Source of the DNA: Octopus sinensis | Lineage: Eukaryota | Assembly (NCBI RefSeq): GCF_006345805.1 | Contig: NC_043002.1 | Span: forward strand, 110,856,001-110,920,000 | Direction: 5' to 3' | Length of the DNA: 64,000 bases | Shown: one piece after another, positions 43,166 to 55,102 of the stretch | Position numbering within the stretch: the first letter of the stretch is position 1 | Layout: every line of letters begins with the position of its first letter | Made by a program: the position numbers and the translations under genes | Notes under the pieces: model-generated | What the model was told of the DNA's origin: nothing | What the model saw: only the letters and a program-made list of their open reading frames with translations | The model's database searches: none

Positions 43166-43728
43166 TTACCTCTAAGACCATAGTCTTTCCTCTCAAGAAT
43201 TGTTTTGCCTTCAATTCTGCAAACATAAAAAAAAAAGAAAAAGAAGTGATTAGTTAATAATTAGTAAATAATTATGTGACCCACTATCATTTTCAACAAC
43301 TTGCAAACAATAGCACAGAACTAATGATAGATTACAAAATATTTTGAAAAATTTACAGAATGAGCCCCACCCTCATGTTCTTTGGTGCCATTAGCTTCTT
43401 GTTTAATTTTCTCTTTCAATGTGACCCTGTGTTTTCAGTTGGGTTGAGATATTGTGATTGAAGAGATAATCCACTAACTTCAAACCTACCCACTTAAGAC
43501 AGACAGAATACTCCACACTAAGTAATTTGTGAATTGGCTCATTATTTTATGAGAAAAATCTACTTTGAACAATTTTTATAATCTTTCTTGCATGGAAAAC
43601 GTGAAATAACTAACATTATGACATGATACATAATAATAATAATAAATAGTACATTCTGCAGATATGCAGAATGTACTATTTATTATTATTTGTCTAGCTA
43701 GAAATAGCAGCCAAAAATCTTTCAAACT

Positions 43729-43971
43729 ACACCAGTATCGGTTGTCAAGCATTGGTAGGGGGACAAACACAGACACACAAACATACACACACACATACAT
43801 ACATATATATACATATATACGACGGGCTTCTTTCAGTTTCCGTCTACCAAATCCACTCAGAAGGCTTTGGTCGGCCCGAGGCTATAGCAGAAGACTCTTG
43901 CCCAAGGTGCCACGCAGTGGGACTGAACCCGGGACCATGTGGTTGGTAAGCAAGCTACTTACCACACAGCC
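43729..43971 (-). mobile_element. SINE family A, 3' part missing
   Basis: Head and body match; tail absent. Confidence 0.88.
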
Positions 43972-44170
43972 AACAATGTGAAAATACCTTTAAAATCTTC
44001 ATTTATAATCCATTTGTGTTTAAAGTATTTGAGCTTTCTCAGTGTCTCTTTCAAGTGTTCATAATTACATATGCTTGAGCCAATTAAATTAAACACATTT
44101 TCAAGATGATTCTTCATATGAAGCAATTTATCTGCTTTACAACTATTCTCAACCAATTTCAATTATCAGT
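43972..44170 (-). pseudogene. Chapaev3-like (CMC) DNA transposase relic
   Basis: KLLHMKN...HLKETLRKLKYFKHKWIINEDFKGIFTLL resembles the LLHNGN...LKE.Y...KIKY..H.W.ICGDLKVI..LL block I recall from Chapaev3 transposases. Confidence 0.55.
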
Positions 44171-44717
44171 TGATACTTTATCGTAAGAAATTGTACCAAA
44201 TACTTACTCTGTTTCAGGGAGTCAATCTGAAACATATTTTTTGTCCTATATTGTCATGAATGCTTTAAATAAGTTATATTGTCAATTTATTTACATCACT
44301 GTTGTTCTTTCCTTCTTTCACTGTAATATAGCAATTCTGTGGTTGTGGACATAGGCTTTGTCAGAAATTGACTTCATCTCAAAAACTCCAATTTTAAATG
44401 AACAGGATTGTTTAAAGCAAAGAATTAGTACCATTAGAAATTTTCCTAACATACTAAAAATAGGTAATTTCACAGTTCTGGTATTTACGAGATAAAGTTG
44501 ACATGCTTGACAAAAATTGATGTCGTATTTGGAACCAGTACACTTAAAACTGCCCTTCTTTCAAAAAGCAAAATTGTTGCAAGCCAATGTATAAATGACT
44601 CTAAGTCTATTGACAATACTTATAGTGGTGCTAACACTCATGTATGAGAGAAAAACTAAGAAATACTGGGAAATATTGAGGAAGGAGGACTTTAGGTCTA
44701 CGGTACTTAAATTGACA

Positions 44718-44949
44718 AGGCGGGGAGCTGGCAGAAACGTTAGCACGCCGGGCGAAATGCTTAGCGGTATTTCGTCTGCCGTTACGTTGTGAGTTCAAAT
44801 TCCGCCGAGGTCGACTTTACCTTTCATCCTTTCGGGGTCGATAAATTAAGTACCAGTTACGCACTGGGGTCGATGTAATCGACTTAATACCTATGTCTGT
44901 CCTTGTTTGTCCCCTCTATGTTTAGCCCCTTGTGGGTAATAAAGAAATA
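44718..44949 (+). mobile_element. SINE family B (tRNA-like head, Meta/MESC-like central motif)
   Basis: 16-bp TSD ggtacttaaattgaca (44702-44717, 44950-44965); tail aaagaaata. Confidence 0.92.
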
Positions 44950-45029
44950 GGTACTTAAATTGACAGTTTTACTCTTTGGACTGCAGACATGCTGGGGAAC
45001 TGCAATCAAAGGTTTCCTTTGATTACTGT

Positions 45030-45265
45030 ATCATCATCATTGTTTGACCGTGGTCGAGACAATGGAATTTACCATGCTACGCCAGACTTCACGGTCCATC
45101 ATGGCATTACGGAGGTCCTGTTGCTGGATGCTTGTATCCCTGGAGATTACATCAGGGTAGAAGAGTGTAGATGGCTTCCAGAGGAGAAGAGTAGAAATTA
45201 CCTCTTTTTCAGCTCTACAACAATGTCCAGCAAACTGGACTCTCTTACCCTTCACAATAGAGTTC
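45030..45265 (-). pseudogene. RTE/RTE-X-type LINE 3' end with (GAT)n tail
   Basis: KRVQFAGHCCRAEKEVISTLLLWKP...DLRNAMMDREVWRS. Confidence 0.75.
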
Positions 45266-45713
45266 AGCCAGTAGATTGTCAGAGCTGAGCTGGGAGTTAC
45301 ATGATATAATCAGAATAAAAAGGAATATAACCAAATACCATGCTACCTTTAGACACACGCACACACACATCCAACATGTTTCTGCACAGTTCCATCAGTT
45401 TTATCACAGGTATTGGTCAACTTGCTGTTATATTATTTGAAACATTCATTAGCTGTTGTCAAGTGGATTGAATGCAGGACAACATGACTGCAAAGCAAAC
45501 TTCTTCACTACATAGCCATGACTTTATCTTCTCTCTCTCTCTCTTGGGTATTAAGAAGTTTGCTTCACAATGAGGATATTTGATGCTGAGTTCAACTCCA
45601 CTGCACAGTACTTTGAGCCAGATGGCATAATGCTTTCCATTAATGGTGTGGCCAGATTCTATCCTAGATTCAAGGCTCCTTTGGAATTTCTACATCAACA
45701 ACAGGGTATTTTT

Positions 45714-46060
45714 GTATGTATGTATGTATGTATGTATGTATGTATGTATGTATGTATGTGTGTGTGTGTGTGTGTTTGTATATGTGTATGTACGTATGTA
45801 TGTATGTATGTACGTATGCGTGTATGTATGTATGTATGTACGTATGCATGTATGTATGCATGTATGTATGTATGTATGCATGCATGTATGTATGTATGTA
45901 TGTATGCATGCATGTATGTATGCATGCATGTATGTATGTATGTATGTACGTATGTATGTATGTATGTATGTACGTATGTATGTATGTATGTATGTATGTA
46001 TGCATGCAAGTATGCATGCATTTCTGTATGCATGTATGTATGCATGCATGTATGTATGTA
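45714..46060. repeat. (ATGT)n/(ATGC) tetranucleotide array
   Basis: Direct inspection. Confidence 0.95.
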
Positions 46061-46064
46061 ATAT

Positions 46065-47336
46065 GCAGATTTGTATGTGTTTTATTTTATGTATGTCTTC
46101 TCATGCATATATTTGCATATCTAAACAGCTCATTTATACTTAAATGATAAACTTCTGGAAAGTTTTACAGATTTTTACAGTTCCAGTGATGGATTGGATC
46201 TGTAGTCATCAAATCAGCTTTCTCCTTTCTGGTTTTGAGAAGCCTAATTTCTCAAGATTGATATTTAGGCAGTGTGTTACACATCCCAGTGCACCAATAA
46301 TTACAGGTATAAACCTGAACTTGTAATCTGAATAGAGCAACCTCAGATTTCTCAATAGCTCAGCGTATGTATTCTCTTTTCCCCTGATCTTCAGCTTTAT
46401 GTTAACATCTGCTGGGCCACTGATTTCTACAACTGTATACAGTTTCTCTTCTTTGTCCCAAATCATTATATCAGGTCTATTGTGGTTACATTTTATTGAG
46501 GTTTTCACTGGAACATTCCACCAGCACTCCTTCTTATTATGACTGGCTTTGGCTTCCACCATACTGTGAGTTCTTATTTCTTTGTCCTCAGGGTTATCCT
46601 TCCAACAGATTTCATTATACAGTGTCCTAACTTCGACATTATGTCTCATTGGTCGATAATACCATGATGACATTTTCAAACAACTGCTTATGATCTTCAG
46701 TGTTAACTCCACAAAGTCTGCATCAGTTTTTCTGCTTTTCCTGCATCTCTGTCCCTTTTGTGCATCAGTTACTTGGTTGATATTTCCTGTGCCTTTCATC
46801 TGATGATATGTTGCAAATGCATACCCTTCAAAATGAGAGGTAGTAATCCGGTTGTTGGTCCATGATAGACTGTTTTGATAATCAATATTGCTATCATCTC
46901 TGACCTTTATACTAACATCTTCATGCATGATCTTTTGCTCATCCTTTCATCTGATGATATGTTGTGGTAGAGTTGTGAGACTTCTTTAGGCATGTATTTA
47001 AGGTTATCGGACAAGGGATGCTGCTCAAGGAGCTGCCTTCCAAGTCTTATGATGTTATCAGCCTCATGTATGCAAACTTGGTCAAGGGATGCACTTCAAC
47101 ACTTGGTGGTTACAAGATGTTGTCAAAGGGATATGATACAACATTCAAAGGTAGTCTGGATCGATGTTAAGCCTCTGATGCCTTGTTTTCATTTTAAGTA
47201 GAGGTAGTCAATGTTACTGTTGATGTGGAAATTATGTGGGCTAGTCAGTATCTTCCAGGTTTTCAGTTCAATGGCTCAGATCTCATCAAGTGTCCAATCA
47301 AGCAACTCAAATGTTGGTATGAGGCTGTAATATTCT
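46065..47336 (-). pseudogene. Second R4-clade family, degenerate RT C-terminus + REL endonuclease, flanked by (TACA)n
   Basis: HNRPDIMIWDKEEKLYTVVEISGPADVNI...FIPVIIGALG; upstream frame reads NIDYLYLK*KQGIRGL. Confidence 0.85.
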
Positions 47337-47458
47337 TGTATGTATGTATGTATGTATGTATGCATCCAGCGAGTGGCAAAAACCTGGGTATATATGGGGG
47401 GGAGGGTTACCAGATAGCAATGATATAGAGAAAGAGGGCTATGCTATATATATATATA

Positions 47459-47688
47459 GGCAGCGAGCTGGCAGAAACGTTAGCGCGCCAGGCGAAATGC
47501 GTAGCCGTATTTCGTCTGTCGTTACGTTCTGAGTTCAAATTCCGCCGAGGTTGACTTTGCCTTTCATCATCTCGGAGTCGATAAATTAAGTACCAGTTTC
47601 GCACTGGGTCGATGTAATCGACTCAATCCCTTTGTCTGACATTGTTTGTCCCCTCTATGTTTAGCCCCTTGTGGGTAGTAAAGAAATA
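47459..47688 (+). mobile_element. SINE family B inside (TA)n
   Basis: Family match. Confidence 0.92.
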
Positions 47689-47759
47689 TATATATATATC
47701 ATATTTTTAACACACCATGTCCATAAGAATTTTTTTCTGAAACAAAAACTGCAGTAACA

Positions 47760-48225
47760 ATCATCATCATCATCATTTAACGTCCGCTTTCCATGCTAGC
47801 ATGGTTTGGACGATTTGACTGAGGTCTGGCGAACCAGACTCCAATCTGATCTGGCAGAGTTTCTACAGCTGGATGCCCTTCCTAACGCGAACCACTCCGA
47901 GAGTGTAGTGAGTGCTTTTACGTGCCACCAGCACGAGGGCCAGTTTGGTGGTACTGGCAATGGCCACGCCCAAATGGTGCTTTTTTACGTGCCACCTGCA
48001 CAGGAGCTAGTCCAGCGGCACTGGTGACAACCTCGCTCGAATGTTTCACATGCCACCAGCACAAGTGCTAGTAAGGCGACGCGGTAACGATCACGCTCGA
48101 ATGGTGTTTTTAACGTGCCATTGGCACGGAGGCCAGCTTGTTGCTCTGGCAATGATCATGCTCGGATGGTACTCTTAGCACTCCACTAGCAACGGATGCC
48201 AGTCACCGAATTTGATTTCGACATG
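47760..48225 (-). mobile_element. RTE 3'UTR-derived copy with (GAT)n tail
   Basis: Homologous to 53270-53677. Confidence 0.85.
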
Positions 48226-48394
48226 CATGTATATACATGGGATGACTTTGTACAACTTCTGTCAACTAAATTCCTTCAAAGGCTTTGGTTGACCCAGGGC
48301 TATGGTAGAAGACACAGTGCCACTCGGTGTAACTGAACCCAAGCTACGTAATTGCAAAACAAACTTCCTAATCATACAGCCATGCTTGCATCTT

Positions 48395-49170
48395 TATTTA
48401 CAAACACACACACGCGCGCACACACACTTGCACACACACACACACAAACACACAAATGTGTGTGTGTGTGTAAGTGTGTGTGTGTGAGTGTATTGTACAT
48501 AACTACCTATATAAATACACACACACACATGCACACACACACATGCACACACACATGCACACACACATGCACACACACACATGTACACACACACATGCAC
48601 ACACACACATGCACACACACACATGCACACACACACACATGCACACACACACATTCACACACACACATGCACACACACACACACAAATGCACAAGTGTGT
48701 GTAAGTGTGTGTGTGTGTGAGTGTATTGTACATAATTACCTATATAAACACACACACACAAATGCACACACACATGCACACACACACACAAATGCACAAG
48801 TGTGTGTAAGTGTGTGGGTGAGTGTATGTGTAAGTGTGTGTGTGTGTGAGTGTATTGTACATAACTACCTATATAAATACACACACACACACAAATGCAC
48901 AAGTGTGTGTAAGCGTGTGTGTGTGAGTGTGTGTGTGTAAGTGTGTGTGTGTGTGTGTAAGTGTGTGTGTGTGTGTAAGTGTGTGTGTGTGTGTGTGAGT
49001 GTATTGTACATAACTACCTATATAAATACACACACACATGCACACACACACATGCACACACACACACACACAAATGCACAAGTGTGTGTAAGTGTGTGTG
49101 AGTGTGTGTGCGTGTATGTCTGTGTGTGTGTGAGTGTTTTGTACATAACTACCTATATAAATACACACAC
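48395..49170. repeat. Compound (TG)n-core-(CA)n minisatellite with 5 copies of a ~33-bp core
   Basis: gagtgtattgtacataactacctatataaatac at ~48486, 48719, 48848, 48997 and 49132. Confidence 0.9.
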
Positions 49171-49654
49171 AAACACATATTGTATGTATGTGCGTATATG
49201 GATGTATGTATGTGAATATGCATTTATTTTGTCTGCCAATACATCTATGAATATTTATAAGTGTGAGTCAATGTCACTGTCTTAGAGTCTCAGTCAATAT
49301 TTCTAGTTACATGTATAAACAGATGGGGCTTCTCAAGTTTGACAAAATTGAGGCCTTTAAATTCGTGTGTGTGCATGTGTGTGAGTAGGATGTGTCTGCC
49401 AGTGTATTTTGAAATAGAGAAACTGCTTTTTGGGTGTCAAAGTGTGGTATAACATTTATTTGGAATGAAAGCGAAGAATCTACTTTCTTGACTACAACCA
49501 AGTATTTGAACTTAAAAAATCTAGGATTTCAAAAATTTTCAGTAACCTAAAACTGGCCTAATAAGGTCAGTGCTGAAAAAATTTAGGTAGAGGTTTGTAC
49601 TTCTGAATTTTTTCTTCTTCTTTGAGATAAAATTTACATTAGACAAATGTGTGA

Positions 49655-49697
<43 letters not shown>

Positions 49698-49826
49698 TGT
49701 GCGCGCGTGTGTGTGTGTGTGTGTGTAAAGAAGTTATGTAACACTGAATGTTTCTTCATGAATGTAATGATAAATTCAAACTTGTACATTTATTCATATG
49801 CACAAACAACCACACACACACACACA

Positions 49827-49866
<40 letters not shown>

Positions 49867-50264
49867 ACATACACACACAGAAGTATATGATATTTTTGTT
49901 TTATATATGTGTGTATACATACATATATGTATGTATGTATATATATATATATAAATGAAAGAATGGTGTCGAACGAAGATGTTAACAAAATTCCTTTGTT
50001 CAACTCCATTCTTTCATTTATTCATAGACAACACACAAATTTCTGCACATGAACCCGGAGTTTCTACCCTTGACAGGTCGCTTCAACCGTGTTTCTGACG
50101 TGAATTTGCTACCCAGGTTTCGGTTAAACGAATTTTCCATGCTGACGATAAACATAGGATAATTCATTCACCTACTTAAATATATATATATATATATATA
50201 TATATAGGGAGATGTACATGCATAGCAAGTGACCTGATCTGAGATCATGTGCTGGAATGAATGA

Positions 50265-50549
50265 AAACAATTGCAATGTGGAAGGTATTTATAAGCCATT
50301 TAAGAAACACACAAAAACCATTAGATTCACTTCAACATTTAAATTTAATTTGGCAAAATATTTTCGTTGCTTTGAGACCTGTTCACTGACAAAATTCTAT
50401 ATGCAACATGGAATTTTGTCAGTGAACAGGTCGCGGTCTCAAAGTGACGAAAATATTTTGACAAATTAAATTTAAATGTTAAAGTGAATTTAACAGTTTT
50501 TGTGTGTTTCTTAAATGGCTTATAAATAACTTCCATGCTGCAATTGTTT
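50265..50549. repeat. Long inverted repeat (~135-bp arms, 13-nt spacer)
   Basis: aaacaattgca...gacaaaattc / gaattttgtc...tgcaattgttt; mirrored ORFs appear in the track. Confidence 0.92.
50415..50465 (+). ncRNA. Possible variant type I hammerhead-like motif (G3-C8 core)
   Basis: tttgtca-GTGAACA-g-gtcgc/gtgac-GAAA-atatt-t-tgacaaa; one extra G and a UUU triplet. Confidence 0.3.
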
Positions 50550-50661
50550 GTATATATATATATAATTCAAAATGGGGTGATTATATGTATAATACCATAC
50601 TAAATTCTAGTGCCTTTAACTTAAGTACCACATTCAACTGAATCTAAATTTTTACTGAACT

Positions 50662-50720
<59 letters not shown>

Positions 50721-50723
<3 letters not shown>

Positions 50724-53677
50724 TGTGTTGATATGTGCTGCATCCAAGAAGTAAGGTGGAGAGGAGTTTCTGCTAGGATCCTCACAGGCAAAGAACACAG
50801 GTACAAGATTTTCTGGGCAGGGAACACTGACAGGGTTGGGGGTGTGGGTATACTTCTTGCGGAGAAATGGGTAGATAAAGTAATTGAGGTAGTCAGAGTA
50901 TGCGACAGAATACTTAAGATTAGATTAGTGCTCCATCATGGGTTAGCAACCATTATCTCGGCCTATGCCCCTCAGCCAGGGCTACCTGATGGACAGAAAG
51001 ACCGATTCTATAACACACTCTTGCAGACTACCGCGTTGACGAATGACAGGGACCTTCTCTTTGTGTCTGGCAACTTCAGTGGACATGTTGGACAACATGT
51101 CGGGTGGTGCAAAGTCCCCTCCCGACCCAAAATAACGTGGTGGTGGAACAATGTTGTTGACAGGGCTATTAGACAAAAGAAACAGGCTTGGAAGGAGGGA
51201 AGCTAGGAGGCAGGTTTATTTAGCCAGAGGGGAAGCAGATAAGAAAAAAATTTGCCAATGTTCTGCGCCATGAGGACGAAAGACTTGAGGTATTTTGTGT
51301 TGCAAGACAGTGTGTGAGAGAGAATCGTGATGTGGTAGGAGAGAAGTGTGTTCGCATGGATGATGGTTCACTTACGCTAAATGAGGATGCAAAGAGAGAG
51401 GTTTGGAGACGCCACTATGAAAGGTTGCTGAATAAAGAAAATGAATGGGATAAAGAGAGACTGCCGAATGTCGACCCAACAGAGGGACCAGCTATCCGAG
51501 TTGACAGTTCCTTAGTAGTTAAGGCAATTAGAAGCATGAAGACAGGGAAAGCCCCAGGCCCATCAGGAATTACTGCAGAGATGCTTAAAATATCTGGCTA
51601 TAGCCTAGTCACCCGTATAGTTAACCAAGTGATACATGAAGGAGTCTCATACCCAATGACTGTGTAGCAGCATAATAGTCAACTGCTACAAAGGTAAAGG
51701 TGACGTTTTAGATACAAATAATTACAGAGGTATCAAGCTGTTGGATCAGGTAATGAAGGTTACGGAGAGGGTCATAGCCCAACTGATTAGGGAGAGAGTC
51801 AACTTGGACGAGATGCAGTTTGGATTCATGCCAGGGAAAAGCACCACTGATGCCATATTTCTGGTAAGACAGCTGCAGGAGAAATACCTAGCCAAAGATA
51901 AACCTCTGTACCTGGCTTTCGTCGACATGGAGAAAGCCTTTGACAGGATCCCCCGATCCCTTATCTGGTGGTCAATGAGGAAACTAGGGATAAATGAATG
52001 GTTAGTGAGAGCTGTGCAAGCCATGTACAGGGACGCTGTAAGTAAGGTTAGGGTTGGCAACGAGTACACTGAAGAATTCAGGGTAGAGGTTGGGGTCCAC
52101 CAGGGTTCAGACCTCAGCCCCCTCCTATTTATCATAGTCCTCCAGGCAATAACGGAGGAATTCAAAACAGGATGCTCCTGAGAGCTCCTATATGCTGATG
52201 ACCTTGCTCTAATTGCTGAGTCACTATCAGAACTAGAGGAGAAGTTTCAAGTGTGGAAGCAAGGATTAGAATCGAAGGGCCTTAGAATCAACCTAGCTAA
52301 AACCAAAGTCCTAATAAGTAGGAAGGCAGGCAAACCCCAAATCCCTTCAGGTAGATGGCCCTGCTCAATCTGTAGTAGAGGCGTAGGTAGACACGCCAGT
52401 GTAAGCTATGGACACTTAAGAGGTGCAGCAATATCAAAGGGAGGCTAACTAGAAAGAAAGTTTTTGTATGTGGCAGATGCTTGGGAGCAATAAACACTGA
52501 AAATGCACAGAGACCAACTTCCGCCTCATTCCAGGGAGAAAAACTAGAAGTAGTTGATAGCTTCCGTTACCTAGGGGACCAAGTCAGTAGTAGAGGTGGG
52601 TGTGCTGAAACTGTAGCTGCTAGAATAAGAATAGCTTGGGCAAAGTTCAGAGAGCTCTTACCTCTGCTGGCGACAAAGAGCCTCTCGCTCAGAGTAAAAG
52701 GTAGACTGTATGACGCATGTGTACAAACAGCCATGCTACATGGCAGTGAAACATGGGCTGTGACTGCTGAGGACATGCGTAAGCTCGCAAGGAATGAAGC
52801 CAGTATGATCCGATGGATGTGTAATGTCAGTGTGCATACTTGACAGTGTGTTAATACCTTGAGAGAAAAGTTGGACCTAAGAAGCATCAGATGTGGTGTG
52901 CAAGAGAGATGACTGCGCTGGTATGGTCATGTGGCAAGAATGGATGAGGACAGTTGTGTGAAAAAGTGCCACACCCTAGCGGTTGAGGGAACCTGTGGAA
53001 GAGGTAGACCCAGGAAGACCTGGGATGAAGTGGTGAAGCACGACCTTCGAACTTTAGGCCTCACCAAGGAAATGACAAGTGACTGAGACCTTTGGAAATA
53101 TGCCATGCGTGAGAAGACCCGGCAAGCCAAATGAAACCATAATCTCATGGCCTATGCCAGGGGCATAACCAGCCCACTTATGCGTACCTTTTCCTTCTTT
53201 GGACACTAAAACTCTGCTTGTGAAGACCTGTTGAGGCAAGTGAAATCGATCAAAAGCAAAATCAAAATCAAATTCGATGACTGGTGTCCGTGCTGGCAGG
53301 GTACAAAGAGCACCATATGAGCGTGATCATTAACAGAGCGGCTAACTGGCTTCCGTGCCAGTGGCACTTAAAGGGCACCATTCGAGCGTGATCGTTACCA
53401 AAGTCGCCTTACTGGCACCTGTGCTGGTGGCATGTGTAAAAGGATTCGAGCGAGGTCATTGCCAGTACCGCCTGACTGTCCCCCATGCCGGTGGCACATA
53501 AAAAGCACCCACTACACTCTCGGAGTGGTTGGCATTAGGAAGGGCATCCAGCTGTAGAAACTCTGCCAAATCAAGATTGAAGCCTGGTGCAACCATCTGG
53601 TTCGCCAGCCCTCAGTCAAAATCATCCAACCCATGCTAGCATGGAAAGCGGACGTTAAACGATGATGATGATGATGA
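50721..53677 (+). mobile_element. RTE-clade LINE, 5'-truncated and internally deleted (AP endonuclease + RT + long 3'UTR + (GAT)n tail), inside (TA)n
   Basis: CIQEVRWRG, ISAYAPQ, QFGFMPGKSTTDAIF, FVDMEKAFD, GVHQGSDLSP, LYADD, FRYLG motifs; several stops and frameshifts; ORF stop at 53132-53134. Confidence 0.95.
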
Positions 53678-54474
53678 TGATATATATATATATATATAAT
53701 ATACATATATAATATACATATATAATATACATATATAATATACATATATACACACAATATATACATAAAAATATACATTGATAAATACATAATGTGTATA
53801 TATATATTCATCATCATTATTTAAAATCTGCTTTCTATGTTTGCTTGTGTTGGATAATTCAATTTCACAAAAACGGATGAGCCAGAGAGCTGCACTGAGC
53901 TCCAATATCTTCCCTAATGTCAACCACTTTACAGAGTGTACTGGGTGCTTTATATTCATGGCAACTGTACTAATGAGTTATCAAACAACTTACAAGACTT
54001 ACAAGTTGTTTGACTAAAATCCTTTCAAGGCAGTCAAAAATAACTGCTTGGCTGTAGTTAAAATGACTGAAACAAGTAAAACATGAAAAGATAAAAGATA
54101 ACCAACAACTGCATCAGGAAGATTTAGGCATTAAAGGATTTCGACTTTCAACCAAGATCCAGTGATATCTGTTTTCTTTCTGAGTTGTTGTTCTTGCTGT
54201 TGTTGCTACTGCTATTATTGCTGTTAATTTGGTTCTATTGCTTTCTATTCTTAGCACTTTATGAAAATTGCTCTCCTGCCTATCAAATTCATTTCAACAT
54301 CACTTAAATATAACGGAGTGACTTTTGTATTCTTCACATCAGGTCAAGAGAAAACTGATGGTCAAGTTGACAGGGTATTGGATTAGACCACCAGTAATCT
54401 CATAACCAGGTTTGCAATTTATCTACAGCCTAGATACTTAATCTTTGAGTGGCCCTGTTGACTTATCTGTGAAT

Positions 54475-54657
54475 GGAAGCACTCTGTCGGTTACGACGAT
54501 GAGGGTTCCAGTTGATCCGAATCAACGGAACAGCCTGCTCGTGAAATTAACGTGTCTGTGGAGTGCTCAGCCACTTACACGTTAATTTCACAAGCAGGCT
54601 GTTCCGTTGATTTGGATCAACCAGAACCCTCGTCGTCATAACTGATGGAGTGCTTCC
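54475..54657. repeat. Fold-back hairpin made of two inverted SINE D 3' tails
   Basis: 81-bp arms (54475-54555, 54577-54657) and a 21-nt loop of SINE D sequence. Confidence 0.9.
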
Positions 54658-54690
54658 AATCCAAGCACATAAACGCACACAACCCACCCC

Positions 54691-54743
<53 letters not shown>

Positions 54744-54868
54744 TATCTCTTTGATATCCACACCTATATGCCATACCGATGTCCAACCTTGCCATCCACT
54801 TCTTTTCACTTTGTTCATAAAGTTATCATTGACTAATAACCCTAAACTATTGACCCATACTATATATA

Positions 54869-55102
54869 TATTTCTTTACTACCCACAAGGGGCTAAACAT
54901 AGAGGGGACAAACAAGGACAAACATAGGTATTAAGTCGATTACATCGACCCCAGTGCGCAACTGGTACTTAATTTATCGACCTCGAAAGGATGAAAGGCA
55001 AAGTCGATCTCGGTGGAATTTGAACTCACAACGTTGCGCCAGACAAAATACCGCTAAGCATTTCGCCCGGCACGCTAACGTTTCTGTCAGCTCGCCGCCT
55101 TG
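54869..55102 (-). mobile_element. SINE family B with a ~104-bp target-site duplication
   Basis: Direct repeats 54765-54868 and 55103-55206, one mismatch seen. Confidence 0.92.

Noticed and set aside
44209-44227. 19-nt minus-strand exon candidate (gtttcAG...GTaagt)
   Set aside because: Lies in the transposon relic, weak pyrimidine tract, lacks the shared motifs, and puts a stop in the proposed frame
45570-45715. Protein-like ORF start MRIFDAEFNSTAQYFEPDG...
   Set aside because: Overlaps a decayed SINE A head and runs into the ATGT microsatellite
48480-49170. CRISPR-like repeat-spacer appearance
   Set aside because: Spacers are simple CA/TG repeats of irregular length, eukaryotic context, no cas genes
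50105-50155. Third hammerhead-like fragment (GAAAC-ctgg-GTA on minus, CTGACGA on plus)
   Set aside because: The two core halves are on opposite strands and helix I does not pair
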